Shown here piece after piece: positions 13,080-36,748 of a stretch of 64,000 nt of DNA. This DNA is from Chiloscyllium plagiosum (Eukaryota). The stretch's first letter is position 1. Every line of letters starts with the position of its first letter. The notes under the pieces are model-generated. The model was not told where the DNA came from and made no database searches. It saw only the letters and a program-made list of their open reading frames with translations. The position numbers and the translations under genes are program-made. The stretch lies in contig NC_057751.1 in NCBI RefSeq assembly GCF_004010195.1, positions 14,877,398-14,941,397 of the forward strand. The letters are read 5' to 3'.

Positions 13080-13385
13080 CATCATCAGCTGTCCCTTGAT
13101 TCAAGGATGACGTCTGATCAGAGTCTCTGGTCTCTACCATTGATTTACAAGTGAATGAATGGCCGATCTATGACCCCCAGATGAGGCAGGTGGGGCAGGG
13201 GGATTCAGAGTTGCTCCCTTTTCTTTCCAACACACTGCCTCATCACTATGACATTTGGGCTCAAAGCATGACATAGTTTTGTGGACAAGTTGGCACTGCT
13301 TTGAATGACCAATAGCAAGCCCCGCCCTGTCATTAAAGTCAGTGCTACTGCACTTCGAGGAGATCTTCAGAGACAAGGCGAAATG
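13080..13385 (-). mobile_element. Degenerate RTE-like LINE 3' fragment
   Basis: catcatcagctgtcccttgattcaaggatgac terminus; resembles 38735-39090. Confidence 0.45.
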
Positions 13386-13529
13386 TTTTATTTGTACAAG
13401 TAGCCAAAATGCATCATGTGGAAGGTATGTACCATCTCAATTTCACAGTATCTCTGGGGACAACTGATGGGTGATGGTGTACTCCAAGCTGCAGTTACCA
13501 TCTATCAGCCAAAGAGAATGTCGTAATCT

Positions 13530-14325
13530 ATAAGACCAGAAGACCATGAGAAATAGGAATGGAAGTAAGGCCATTTGGCCCATTGAGTCCACTCTGCCAT
13601 TCAATCATGGCTGATAGGTATTTCAATGCCACTTACCCGCACTCTCCCTGTATCCCTTAAATTGTTGTGAGATTAAGAATTTATCAACCTCTGCCTTGAA
13701 GACATTTAATGTCCCGGCCTCTACTGCGCTCCGTGGCATTGAATTCCACGGGCCCACCACTCTCTAGCTGAAGAAATGTCTCCTCATTTCTGTTCTAAAT
13801 TGACCCCCTCTAATTCTAAGGTTGTGCCCACAGGTCCTAGTATCCCCACCTTTTGGAAACAATTTCCCAGCGTCCACCATTTCTAAGCCATGAATTATCT
13901 TGTAAGTTTCTATTAGGTCTCCCCTCAATCTTCTAAACTCTAATGAATACAATCCTAGGATCCTCAGCCACTCATTGCATGTTAGGCCTACCATTCTAGG
14001 GATCATCCGTGTGAATCTCCGCTGGACATGCTCCAGTGCCAGTATGTCCTTCCTGAGGTGTAGGGCCCAAAACTGGACATAGTATTCCAAATGGGGCCTA
14101 ACCAGAGCTTTATAAAGTCTCAGTAGCACATCACTGCTTTTACTTACAACCCTCTTGAGATAATGACAATATTACATTTGCTTTCTTAATCACAGACTAA
14201 ACATGCAAGTCAACCTTTAGAGAATCCTGTACTAGCGCTCCCAGGTCCCTTTGTACTTTGGCTTTATGAATTTTCTCACCGTTTAGAAAACAGTTCATGC
14301 CTGTGTTCTTTTTTCCAAAGTGCAA
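13530..14325 (-). mobile_element. CR1 LINE 3' fragment
   Basis: ORF LYKALVRPHLEY..QFW...RRLRGDLIETYKI...RRHFFS plus tail. Confidence 0.93.
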
Positions 14326-15544
14326 ATCCACAGAGAATGAAATAAAGTTCCCACTCCTCAGACTAGCTCTGAACTCTTTTCATTGGACGGCAGGAAACAA
14401 AGAGGCTCCCTGCATCATCAATGTCATCTTTTCATCATTGGGACCTCTCTCGCATCTGTACAAATTTGAAGGTGCTGGCCCAAATCTGGAGACTTGAGTG
14501 CAATATCTAAGTTAGACTTCCAGTGTGGTGTTGAAGGAGTGCTGTGACATTGAAAGGCATTACAAAAAGAGCATGGAGTTGCCAGAGGATGCACTTCTTA
14601 GATTAGACGTTAAATGCAAGTCTTGTTTACCATGTTATCTTCCCAACTCATTCACCTGCACAGAAATGAGGCAATGATGGGAGAATGAAGTAACTTACAA
14701 ACCAAAAAGGAAGAATATCCTTAAATTACGTGTGAGTTGAATGACCTGAAGTTGAGACCATAAAAAATTAGCCTTAAGGATGTAACCAGGTGCTGAATGA
14801 CTGACGTGTTAATACAGAGAGTGAGCATGGGCTGAATGTCCTTTTTCTGTGTTGAAATGATTCTGTGACACATCTGGGTTCAATATCTGGATTTCTGGCC
14901 AGTCATCAAAAATGCCATGCAGCCTCTGTAATGATTGCTAAATGGGTACTTTAAGTGGCCATCAACTTCTCACACGACTCCAAGCAACCAACCCCAGCAC
15001 TGGCTTCAACTCTTTTACCAAGGTGGTGTCGTGCACTAAATACAGTCTGAAGCCAACATTGCAGCTGTTAATTGCCCTCAGCCGTTCATATGCTTTTGAT
15101 CAGCATCCCAAAATATTAGCCACAGTTGGTGTTTTAATTGAGTGCGTGTAAACAGTGATCACAACAAGATGTAGAGGATGTTGAGATATCCTTTCCTTTC
15201 TGGAGGACTGGTTCCTTGTTTATAGATTTCAGTTCCATAGACCTTGTCTCGCCCGTCATTGCCATCTCATATTTGACCTGAAGGAAGGGGGAGCATGTTG
15301 CTGCAACTCAGTGCAATCCCACTTTATCTCTCCTTTTCTCTCTCTTTCCCTGTGTGTTTCTCATACTGCTAAGATCCTTACAGAATGGGATACAAGAGTG
15401 GTTGACATATCTGGGACATATGTTTTTTTTCTTCACCCTAACACTGGTTAGAGGGCACAAGAATGAGACAAATATTCCAGTTGCCAATACCCAGAGGAAT
15501 CTTAGTCATTCTCACTTACAGTAAAACAAGAACCGGGCCACTTA

Positions 15545-17198
15545 AACAAATAGCTAAAACTTTTATTTTTTAAAAAAACATGGATTGTGCAATACAAAAT
15601 CTTTAAATAATGCATTCATACATTAACCAGTTAAACAAACAAAATCTTACAACATTCAAGATATCAGCATAATAAATATTTTAGCACAAAAGGAGTGCTT
15701 AAAATATTTCAAACTTAAATTTCCCAAACATATTGTAGATGTGAAAGGGATGAGGTCTAGTGGCACACTGGATAGTGTCCCTGACTCTGAAACAGAGCTC
15801 TGGGCTCAAGTTCCACCTTTTAAGACATGGTTGCCAAGGGATTGCGCATTCATAACACAGGCAGACAGATGAATATCAAACTACAAATCCCTTTAACAAT
15901 AATATGATGGAAAGAATAACGGAGACTCTACCTTCACTATCTGTTACTCCAGTTATCTTGCATATGTCGCTACAGAAAATCAGACTCCCTGAGTGAACTG
16001 TAACACACCACATTGTAAATGTATATGGTGCAGAGAGTCACAGGACACAAAGGTGCTCTCAACATACATCTATACTCTTTTCACCACAAAAAAGGTTTTT
16101 CACACGGAAAGGAAATTTAGTTTTGGACCCTCCAGATGTGCTCAGCAATGGAAGCATTTTTTTTTGCTGAGTTACAGATGGTATCGCATGGAACACCCTC
16201 CAACACTGCAATCCTGTTCCTCAAAACTGTAAATTTATGTGTGAGGGATATTTTGGAATAAAGGAAGAAGAGTAATGGACACACAGGCTCGGGATGTCCA
16301 GCTCAAGCATAAAATTGGTCAGATAAACACACAAACAGTCCCTCAGAAACATAGATAGACAGACAGAACCACGTTCACTCACACATATGCACAGGCACAC
16401 ACAAATGCTCTCACAGGTAACTGTTGTACATTGTATTAATGAAGGGTTGCTATCACTGCCCGGCAATGAATCCAATGGAATATGACAAGGGAGCATTATT
16501 GAACGGAGAATCTGAACACTTCATCATTGACTGAACCCTTCAATAGAATAAGTGCAGAATACAAACAGCTAACAAAAAGCCAATTGAATGCAGCAACTGG
16601 GTGTTAATTCACATTATTCATAGAACAAAATTGGCTGTATTAAAAAAAAAGTCATGGGTCTCCTGATTATTAAGAGCAGGGTGAAGCAGCGATGGGAACA
16701 AGCATATGTTTAAAAGAAATCTGAGAGAACACAGAAAGAAGGAAAGAAAATGGGGAGTTCGCCTGGTACCAGACCTGGCATGGATGAAACTCAACCAATG
16801 GCCAGTTTGACCATCCAATAAAAAGACTATTAAAATTATTATATGATTAAAAACTCGTGTGTGTGTGTGTGTAAGAAGCAGCTTTTTGAAGGGACAAGTC
16901 TGATCCTTACCCAAGACTTTGAACTCTAGGGACCAGCCACAGCGCAAGCAGAGAAAAATTGCTTCAAAAGCATTGGATAATCAAGAGAAAGTACTGGAAT
17001 AAAAAGTCTTTCTCAATCCAAATGGCAATGGGCTGCCCAGTAATCTTTGGGGAGGTAAGTGCTGCTCACTGAGCAACATTTCAGGCATTGTCTCCTCTTT
17101 ACACTAGGGGTGGAGGGCAGGGGGACACTCCCATTGTTCAGCTTTGGTTGGGAAGGTTGCAAAGGCTGCTGATTGTGTCTCAGACTGCTCTTTGGTCC
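15545..17198 (-). other. PLAT: Probable PLAT 3' UTR with poly(A) signal AATAAA at 15562-15567
   Basis: First minus-strand AATAAA I found downstream of the stop; AU-rich terminal block with ATTTA motifs. End point approximate. Confidence 0.6.
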
Positions 17199-28276
<11,078 letters not shown>

Positions 28277-29605
28277 ATTCTTCTTTTATCGTGGTTATCG
28301 AAACTTCTTTCTGAAAAAGAAGAATATTCTAAGGCATTATTTATTGCTTGCTGCTGGACAGGCATTGCATTTAGGCAGTGCATTCATCCAAACAACTAAC
28401 AGTGTCAAAAAGAATCAATCCCATCGTCCCCTTTGTTCCACTGTCATTTTCATTAATTATGTGTCCTCTGGAGAGTGACCCTCACACTAATGTAGGCAAT
28501 TTCTTCATAGCTTCTGTCAAAACCTTCAGCAATTTAGAACTTTCTAATAAATTCCTCTGAACATTTTATGTAACTAATAAAGTTTCTCCAAGCCAAGGAG
28601 CTTCTATACCTTTTTAACAACAACATATTCAACTTGTCCAACCATAAAAGATTTGTGTGCGCAAAAGTGGGGATGTGAATTGGAATAGCGAGCAGAATGA
28701 AGTAATGATTTCTTTGGGGTCAGTGCTGTAGACTTTGAATGTGGTCAACACAGTGACAGCCTACACATTACAGAAGTGGATGTGAAAATATCAAGTGGTC
28801 ATATGTTTAAATGGAACAGAAATGATCATGAGGCTGTGTCGAACATGTGTTGGGGAAGCTGGTGGTGATGGTGGCAGAGATGGTGTTTCCAATATGCAGT
28901 AGGTCATCAAAAATTATTGTGAATGGCTATCACAGTTATGGAGATGATGTAATCCAACCTCTGGTCCCTCACTGAAATGGTTCATTACTTAATTGTAGAT
29001 GCCAAGTCAATCTGGAAAATGGGAACCAAACTATTGCAAATTTAGCACTAAATGGTTGATCTTCCTCAAATCTACAACTTGATATAGCAAAAGAAAAGTG
29101 TTGCAATTTCCTCGTACACATCTCATCCAAGGTTAGGCTGGAACAGTGTAGAGGAAGCTTTATTTTGTCTCTGACCGGTCTATAGCTACCCTGAAATTAT
29201 TTGATGGAATAAAAGACGTTTACTCTGTACGTAACCCCATACCGGTCTCTTACTGCCCAGAAAGTTGCTGTGTGAAATTCCAGAAAGCCAGGTGGTAAAT
29301 GATAAAAACGAGAGCCAATCTTTGCACAATTTAAGCATTTTTTTTCCTGAGAAACCGGTCATAAACATCTAGCATCAAACTTAACCACTACAATTTCAGT
29401 ATGTTCCTTTTTTGTAAACAACTACTATTAGCCATTGTTGCTCTTTTCTTCGAGAAAAAAAAAACTTATTTTTCTAATCAACCTGTTCAGAGAAGTTATT
29501 ACATATCTCTGGTGACGGTGGGACTTAAACCCAGGCCTCTCTGATCTTCAGTCTGTTCCTACTTCCTCCCCAGTTAATGCCCACCCCGTGCACCCAATTT
29601 AGATA

Positions 29606-29824
29606 CAGACTATTCTGATAAAATGCGATAGTTCCGCTCCCATGTGACCCCTCATTATAAGAAAATCATGTAATAGCAGCACCATTTAAATCAATGGGAC
29701 TAGAATCGCTTTATAGCCAATACAGGTAAGAAAAGTTCGCATTCTACAAATAATGGTTTAAATTCTTCAGTTGTGGTCCAGCCAATTCATGTTTAAGAAA
29801 TGCACATTATAGCAGAATCGACTG
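29606..29824. mobile_element. Tc1/mariner-pogo type MITE in PLAT intron 1
   Basis: Imperfect ~22-bp TIRs cagactattctgataaaatgcg / cacattatagcagaatcgactg; TA on the left flank, CA on the right. Confidence 0.7.
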
Positions 29825-30189
29825 CACGATTAACAATAGTACAAGATGAAGTTGGCACTAACGTGCCACAAGTCAGTTCGGCAGCAGGAATGATATGGCT
29901 TCCAAGACCCCATTCCTAAGGATTGGCGTGTTAGGTTTTGAGCAGCACATGTGACTGCCCTTCCCCCGTTCATCATGATCAGTGGCTCGACCACAATCTA
30001 GGCCTGCAGGAGGTCTCCTGCTGGCTGAGTGAAGAGACTCTGAGTTGCGGTTTAGCTGTTTCTTCTAATACTTCATCTCAGTTGTTTATTTTTCTCATTT
30101 CCAAACTTCAATTGTTCACTGCTGCAGTCCTGTAAAACTTAGTATGCAAGGGATAGTTTGGTTTAACCTTGCATCTTGAGGCAATCAAT

Positions 30190-30530
30190 CAGATGTTCTT
30201 TTTGAAGCATGGGCACAGTTGCAATTTCCATACATTATCCCAGAAAACAAAGAACAGATAAACTGTTTTTCTTTCACAAAGTGATGTTGGTTCACAGATA
30301 AGTCTTGACACTAGGGAGAACTCACTTCTCAAAATAGCTGCTAAAGGCCCTTTTACACATAACTGAAAGGGCAGTCGTGGCCTTAGCTTCACATCGCATC
30401 TGAAAGACGCAGCATCTCTAACAGTGTAGCACTCCTCCCAGAACTCCACTGGAATGTGTGCCAGGATTTTCTGCCCAAGTCGTGGGGTAGCATTTGAACC
30501 CAGAACCCATGCTGGCACTGACGGCTAAGT
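30190..30530 (-). mobile_element. DeuSINE (SacSINE1-like)
   Basis: Minus strand gtgctacactgttagagatgctgcgtctttcagatgcgatgtgaagctaaggcc resembles the Deu domain; B-box-like gggttcaaatg. Confidence 0.65.
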
Positions 30531-31044
30531 GAACCAATGGTGTGTTACATGGATTCGGGCAGAGATTGTGAACTGGGCCGTCTATTTTACGGTGTGTGCA
30601 GGCCTTACGCACACTGAGGCTTATAGGGAGGAGAGAGCAAGCTCTCAGCAAGGCATTGTCTCATGCTCTGGGCATTGGTACAAGAGTTCCTGCACACCCT
30701 TTTTAAGCACAGAGGCCAGAAATGAAACATTGAGATGGCACAATTGTGTCCTTACCCACCAAGGGAGGGGAGCAGCATATATTACAAAGAAATAGAAGGA
30801 ATAGAGAGAGATAGAGAGAGAGAGATAAACCACAGTAATTTAAAAAGGGGTCATCTGTGAAGGATTTTCATTACACAGTCTGTGAAAACCTCATTGTTCA
30901 AGCTGCTGAACCTGTATGCTGGCCCTGGGTTGCTCAGTCAGCAAGTGAAATCGAGAAAAGTCAGAACCAGATGTTATTTATCCAGGGACCAACACCAGGT
31001 CTGTGAGCTCAGTGTGGTCGATATGCTTTTTGTACAGAATTCGC

Positions 31045-31371
31045 ATAGAATCCTTACAGTGTGGAAACAGGCCATTTGGTCCACCAAGTCCACACTGACC
31101 CTCTGCAAAGCCAGACCCATTCCCTCATGACCCTACAATCCCATGATTTATGCAGCTGGCCTACACATCTCTGAACAATAAGGGCAATTTAGCATGGCCA
31201 ATTCACCTAACTTCACATTTTTGGACTGTGGGAGGAAACCGGAGCCTGCAGAGGAAACCCACGCAGATACGGGGAGAATGCGCAAGCTACACACAGGCAT
31301 TTGTCAGAGGCTGGAATTGGTCCTGGGTCCCAGGCACTGAGAGAGTGCAATGCTAACCACCGAGCCACCAT
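31045..31371 (-). mobile_element. HE1-type V-SINE
   Basis: Head, V core and tail as in other copies. Confidence 0.85.
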
Positions 31372-31929
31372 TCTCTGTTAGCTCAGTTCTCTCGAAGTCT
31401 CTCTCTCTCACACACGGGGCTCAAGATAGAAACGGCCCCCTTTCTTTCTTTCCCGTTCTCTCACTGAACTCTTGCATTCCACCCAGAGAACAGAGGCAAT
31501 AATGTTGCCCTCCCTCTCACCAGTCTTCATCTGAGATGGGCTGGGCCAAAGCAATAGTGATTCTGGCCCCATGCCTAGTTTCATAAAGGTTATTCACAGA
31601 CAGAATATAAAAAGAGAAAGAAAGTACAGGAAGCACTACAATGCTCTCTCAGTGGCATTGAAACTTTTCTATCACTGTGCGTGCCTAATTATTTCACCCC
31701 AGACCTTTTCCCATGATGTCAAGAGCAGACAGTTCTCTAATGAAGAGGCTTCAATCCGTCCTGTGTGCGGGAATCACTGCCTGACACTTAACCTCCTCCT
31801 CAAAATCATGCTGCACTGCCCTCCACCCTTCTCCAAGGCTTAAAGCATCAACAAAGCAAGATTCTGCTCTGCAAAAATGAGAAAACAAAAATGGCTTTAC
31901 TTGTGGAAGAGCTTCAAGCAGTTCAAACC

Positions 31930-32800
31930 AGAATCACCGTGCAGAGGAGGCCATTCAGCTTGTCGTGCTTGCACTGGCACTTTGAAAGAGTAGCTGCACT
32001 CAGTCTCACAGCCATGCTTTATGTCTTTAGGGTCCTCAAGTACCTGTCCAACTCGCTTTTAAATGTGTTACTGAATCAGCATCCAACGCTTTTTCAGATT
32101 TGAACATTCCAGATCTTGATAACTCCCGGAATGAAAACATGTCTCCTAATTTTTTACTAATGATTTTTGGCTTCTGGTTGACACACTTGCCAAAGGGAAT
32201 CAGTCATTTTTCTCTGCAAGTACAGTACTCGATCAAAGTCTCACATCAGTTTGAAAACCTTTATCCAGTCTACTCGATGTTCCAAGAAAAATAGTCTGAA
32301 CTTTCCAACCTCTCCTCAGAACTGAGGGCCCTCATCTCTGGGAATATCCTGGTAAGTCTCCTCTGTCCTTTTCTAAGCCGAGCTTCCCATACTTTATGAA
32401 CATACACTCTCAGATTTCTCTGTACCCGCAACCACTTTGAAACTGTACCATTAAGTCTATTATGTCTCATCAGTGCTCCTTCCAAAATGAGTGATTTCAC
32501 TGTTCTCTATGTTAAAATTTCATCTGCCATATATCTGCTCAACACACCAGGCTGTCAGAGTCCTCCCAAAAGTCTGTTACTATCCTCCTCATTGCCTATT
32601 ACACTTTTCATATGATCTGCATATTTTGAAATCATGCTGTACAGACTGTTTAAGCTATTATCAAAAAGTGGTCTCTGTACTGATCCCTGCAGAACCCAAC
32701 AATATCCTTTTCTGTAATCTGGGAGAAAAAGGCTGTTCACTGTTATTATTGTTTCTGCCCCTCAGCCAATTTTTAATCTGCACATCTATAACGAAATTCA
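31930..32800 (-). mobile_element. Old CR1 remnant in PLAT intron 1
   Basis: ISKYAD, QRRLTRIFPEMRALSSEERLE motifs. Confidence 0.6.
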
Positions 32801-34144
32801 TAAACTCATGCAGATTCTAAATTCCATCCTCTGCTCCTCCGCTCCTTTCCCGTGATAATCGGACAAGAAGTTAATTTGACCTAGTGACTAAAAACCGCCC
32901 AACACATACACACAGCACTCTGGTTGCTAAGCAATGAATAATCTAGCTGACCCTGCAGGAACCCTCGAATGGGTGAGGGGGAAATCAGGGCCTCAGCATT
33001 GACTACAAGCTGCACTCAAAAGATAACTTTGGCTTCAGGGGGTTGGGAGTGGGACTGTTGTGCGTTGTCCCTCCTTAGCTCCAGGCATTGACTCCCCTGG
33101 GAAACACAGGCCACGCCAGCCTTGCACTCAGATCAGGCGAAGCCAACAGCAAAAATCTCTGGGTAGGAGTTAAATGGCCAGCTCAGCCAGTTAGTCATGC
33201 AATTCTTCACCACAGACACAGTTTTTAACATGTGGAGGAAAACTGGTCATTTCCCTACTCTGTCCAAAGCTGAAAATCAAGAGGTAAAAAAAACAAACTG
33301 CAATGAAAAACTCAGAATGCAAACTCGCAGCTGCAGTCTATTACCCCATGGTGGTTTGACAGACAGCAAGTGTCACCATCCAAATCCATTGCATACAAAC
33401 AGCAGAAATAAAATTGGCACAGAGGGAAGCCCAGCACAAAACCAGCCACATCCGAGAAGCTTTCCTGTCAAGGGAACATTCCTGTGGAAGTCTGGGAAAG
33501 GATTTGGATCTTCTGAACCTAGCTGTTCCAGAAAAATCTGGGAAGGCTACAGGCAATTGTGTTTGCCAACATTTATCCCTGAGACAGCAGCACCGAAATA
33601 GACTGTCTGATCATGATCACATTCTGGACTCTTGCTGGATCGATATTGGCCATAATGTTACCTGCACTGCAACAGTGACCACACTTCACAAAACAGTAGT
33701 GAACAGCTCTTTGGGACCTCTTGAGTGCTTTCTAACCATTAGTTGTGGATGGGTGTTATACAGGGTGGGAGGATGCTCATTCAATGGACAGACACAGAGG
33801 GTCATTTACACCCTTGGAGAAGGCCTTTCATCCCATTGCTTTTGTGCCAACTGAGAGCTACCAAGCTATTTCGGGGCTGGAAATAGTCATTCCACGCATT
33901 GACGTTATCTAACCTGCTCCCCTCCTTCCTGCTCTGAATTTGTCTAATCTTATATCCCTTGTTGTAAGACCTCCAATACCCCAGCCCATTATCTTGGCGC
34001 CCCACGGCAGATCAGTAAACTACGATACCCGCTACACCCTCACCTTCACTTCCAGTATTACGTGTGCAAGAGGAAGTGAATTCAAAGGATTCCAGAGCAG
34101 AAATAGCCTGAAGTTGCTTTTCCCCCATTCGGTTTTGCCAATCA

Positions 34145-34459
34145 ATTAGATTACTTACAGTGTGGAAACAGGCCCTTCGGCCCAACAGGTCCACACCGAC
34201 CCGCCGAAGTGTAACCCACCCAGACCCATTCCCCTATATTTACCCCTCATCTAACACTATGGGCAATTTAGCATGGCCAATTCGCCTAACCTGCATATTT
34301 TTGGATTGTGGGAGGAAACCAGAGCACCCCGGAGGAAATCTATGCAGACACGGGTAGAATGTGCAAACTCCACACAGAGAGTCGCCTGAGGCGGGAATTG
34401 AACCTGGGTCTCTGGCGCTGTGAGGCAGCAGTGCTAACCACTGTGCCACCGTGCCGCCC
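34145..34459 (-). mobile_element. HE1-type V-SINE, near-consensus
   Basis: GGGCGGCACGGTGGCACAGTGG...GGTTCAATTCCCGCC; CpGs retained. Confidence 0.92.
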
Positions 34460-35196
34460 ACATTATCGTTAACAGATTCAGGATTTCTTCGGAATGGCTC
34501 GCATTGCAGACTGCTTATATCTGAACCTGCTCAGATTGTACATCGGTGGACAGAATACCCCCACCTCATTCCATGTTGACAGGGTTGGGCGGGGGTGGTC
34601 ATTCCCACAACCTGACAGGGTCACCCTATGGAAGTGAGTGACCTCCCGGTGAGATCCAGGGAGACTTCCACTGGACTTCTGGTGGACCTGAAGATGATTA
34701 ACTTCTTTTCCTGCCCTGGACGCCCATTCAGGAACACTGGGGATTGGCTTTGCTTGAGAAAACTCAAAGACACACAAACACACACAAAGAGACACACCTT
34801 CCTTGGTGAATAATAAAAAAACAAATTTCAGATTCCGCACCACCATAGATATAAAAAAAAAGATCAATGGACAGAAGGTGAGATTAACTCTCCCGTCTCC
34901 TCCATAGGCGTTCAATCTGAAACACAGTGAACAACTCCCTCGCTCCCTGTCTCGGTGCAATTTACACCAACGCCGAGCTATGATCAGCCACATGGGGCTG
35001 GGAGGGATCTGAATGGGGTGATCGAGGGCAGAGTTGAGGCGGGGATGGTATTGGAGAAGGACTGGAGAGCGGGGCAGAGGGTCAATGGGTTTAAGGCTGA
35101 CATTCCCCCCCCCCCCCCGATGAATAGGATCAGCAAGAGAATGGGACCAACTGAGCCCCCCAGCTTAGAATGGAGCCGGGCCCCTTGGTTACTCAC

Positions 35197-35280
35197 CCAG
35201 TATCACTGTGTCAGTCGATGTCCCCTCTCTCTCTCTCTCTCTCTCACCTTTCCTCTCTCTGTGCCTTCTCCGCTCTGAGC
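35197..35280 (-). other. PLAT: Probable non-coding PLAT exon 1
   Basis: Strong donor TGG|gtgagt at 35197/35196; lies ~30 nt downstream of a TATA-like ATTTAAA; vertebrate PLAT has a non-coding first exon and long intron 1. Confidence 0.65.
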
Positions 35281-35375
35281 TGCTTCTGGTTCCCGGCTCC
35301 GGCTTTAAATCGAAGCTGTGGATGGGGCGGAGCCCTGGGGCTGATGTTGCAGTCTCACTGCTCCCCCACCCCCCA
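35281..35375 (-). promoter_or_regulatory. PLAT: Probable PLAT core promoter: TATA-like ATTTAAA (35304-35310), Sp1 box GGGGCGGAGC (35324-35333), CACCC box (~35361-35374)
   Basis: Motif order and spacing relative to the exon 1 donor; locally GC/CpG-rich. Confidence 0.6.
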
Positions 35376-35579
35376 AACGCCACTCTGTGCCAGGAGAGGG
35401 AGCCTTGGCACAGGTAGCCTGATGCGTTTCTTCACAGATACTGCCAGACCTGAGTATTTTCAACATTTGTGTGTGCTTTTTTCTCTAAAAAAAAATTCTG
35501 ATTCCCAGAAAGCGCAATACTTTTGTGCTTGTACTGCCCTGAGAGCTTAACATTGTGAGAGAGAGAGAGAGATTCGAGA

Positions 35580-36330
35580 CCTGGGACCTGGCACTGAGAA
35601 AAAGGAAACTGGAACTGTGGGGGTGCTACGGGTAAACAGAGCCTGGCTCTGGTAAAGGGAACCTGGCATTGGTAAACAGAGCTTGGCATTGGTAATCAGG
35701 AACCTGGCATTGATAAATAGAGCCTGGCACTGTAAAGGAAACCTGGCTCTGGTAAAAGGAGCCTGGCATTGATCAATGGAACATGGCATTGGTAGTCAGG
35801 ACTGGCATTGGTAAATAGAGCCTGGCATTGGTAAAAGGAAACCTGGCTCTGGTAAAAGGAGCCTGGCATTGATCAATGGAACATGGCATTGGTAAAGGGA
35901 ACCTGGCATTGGTAAAAGGAACCACATTCTGGGAAAGGGAGTCTGGTATTCGGCGTGTGGCACTGGTGGATAGAGCCTAGTACTGAACTCAGGAGTCTGG
36001 CACTGGGAAAGGAAGTCTGGCACAGTTGGAGGGAGCATGATAGAGAGTGAGTCTGGCACTGGTAGCATAGCATTGGGAAAGCAAACCTGGCCCCAGGAAA
36101 TGGAGCCTTACCTTCAGAGTGTGGTGCTGGGAAAGGCAGCATTACTCTGGGAAAGGGAACATGGCCCTGGGAAGGGGAGTTGGGCATTAGCTGTGGGACA
36201 CAGGCCTGGCACTGAGAAAGAGAACCTAGCACAAGGAAAATAGCACTGGGACAAATGGACACTGGCACTGGGAGAGGGAACCTGGTACAAGAGGTGTAGC
36301 AGTGGGAAAGGGACCTTGGCACTGAAAGTA
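35580..36330. repeat. ~20-bp minisatellite (consensus CCTGGCATTGGTAAAAGGAA), degenerating distally
   Basis: Repeated cctggcattggtaaa units; 54-bp block at 35741-35794 repeated exactly at 35841-35894. Confidence 0.9.
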
Positions 36331-36439
36331 TGATACTTGGAGAGGGCATCTGGCTGTGGGAAAAAGGAATCTAGCCTGTTCCACCATTGAATGGGATCCT
36401 GGCTGATTCGTGAGCTAAGTATATCCCAAATCCCTGAAT

Positions 36440-36748
36440 ATACAGTGGACTCAGTGATTTGCACTGCTGTCTCAGAGCGACAGGGACCCAGGTTCGATTC
36501 CAGCCTCGGGCGACTATCTGTCTGGAGTTTGCGCATTCTCCCTGTGTCTGCATGGATTTGTTCCAGGTTCGTCCCATGGTCCAAAGATATGCAGGTTAGG
36601 TGAATTGCCCATAGTGTTCAGGGCTGTGTAGGTTAGGTACATTCGTCAAGGGAATTGTAAAGTAATAGGATAGGGAATGGGTCTGGGTGGGATACTCTTT
36701 GGATGATCCATGTGGACTTGTTGGGCCAAATAGCCTGATTCTATGATA
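36440..36748 (+). mobile_element. HE1-type V-SINE
   Basis: B box ggttcgattcc, V core, tail. Confidence 0.82.

Noticed and set aside
35547..36349. Repeat array resembling CRISPR; ORFs with YQCQ repeats
   Set aside because: Head-to-tail units without unique spacers, no cas genes, eukaryotic context; 20-bp period shifts frame.
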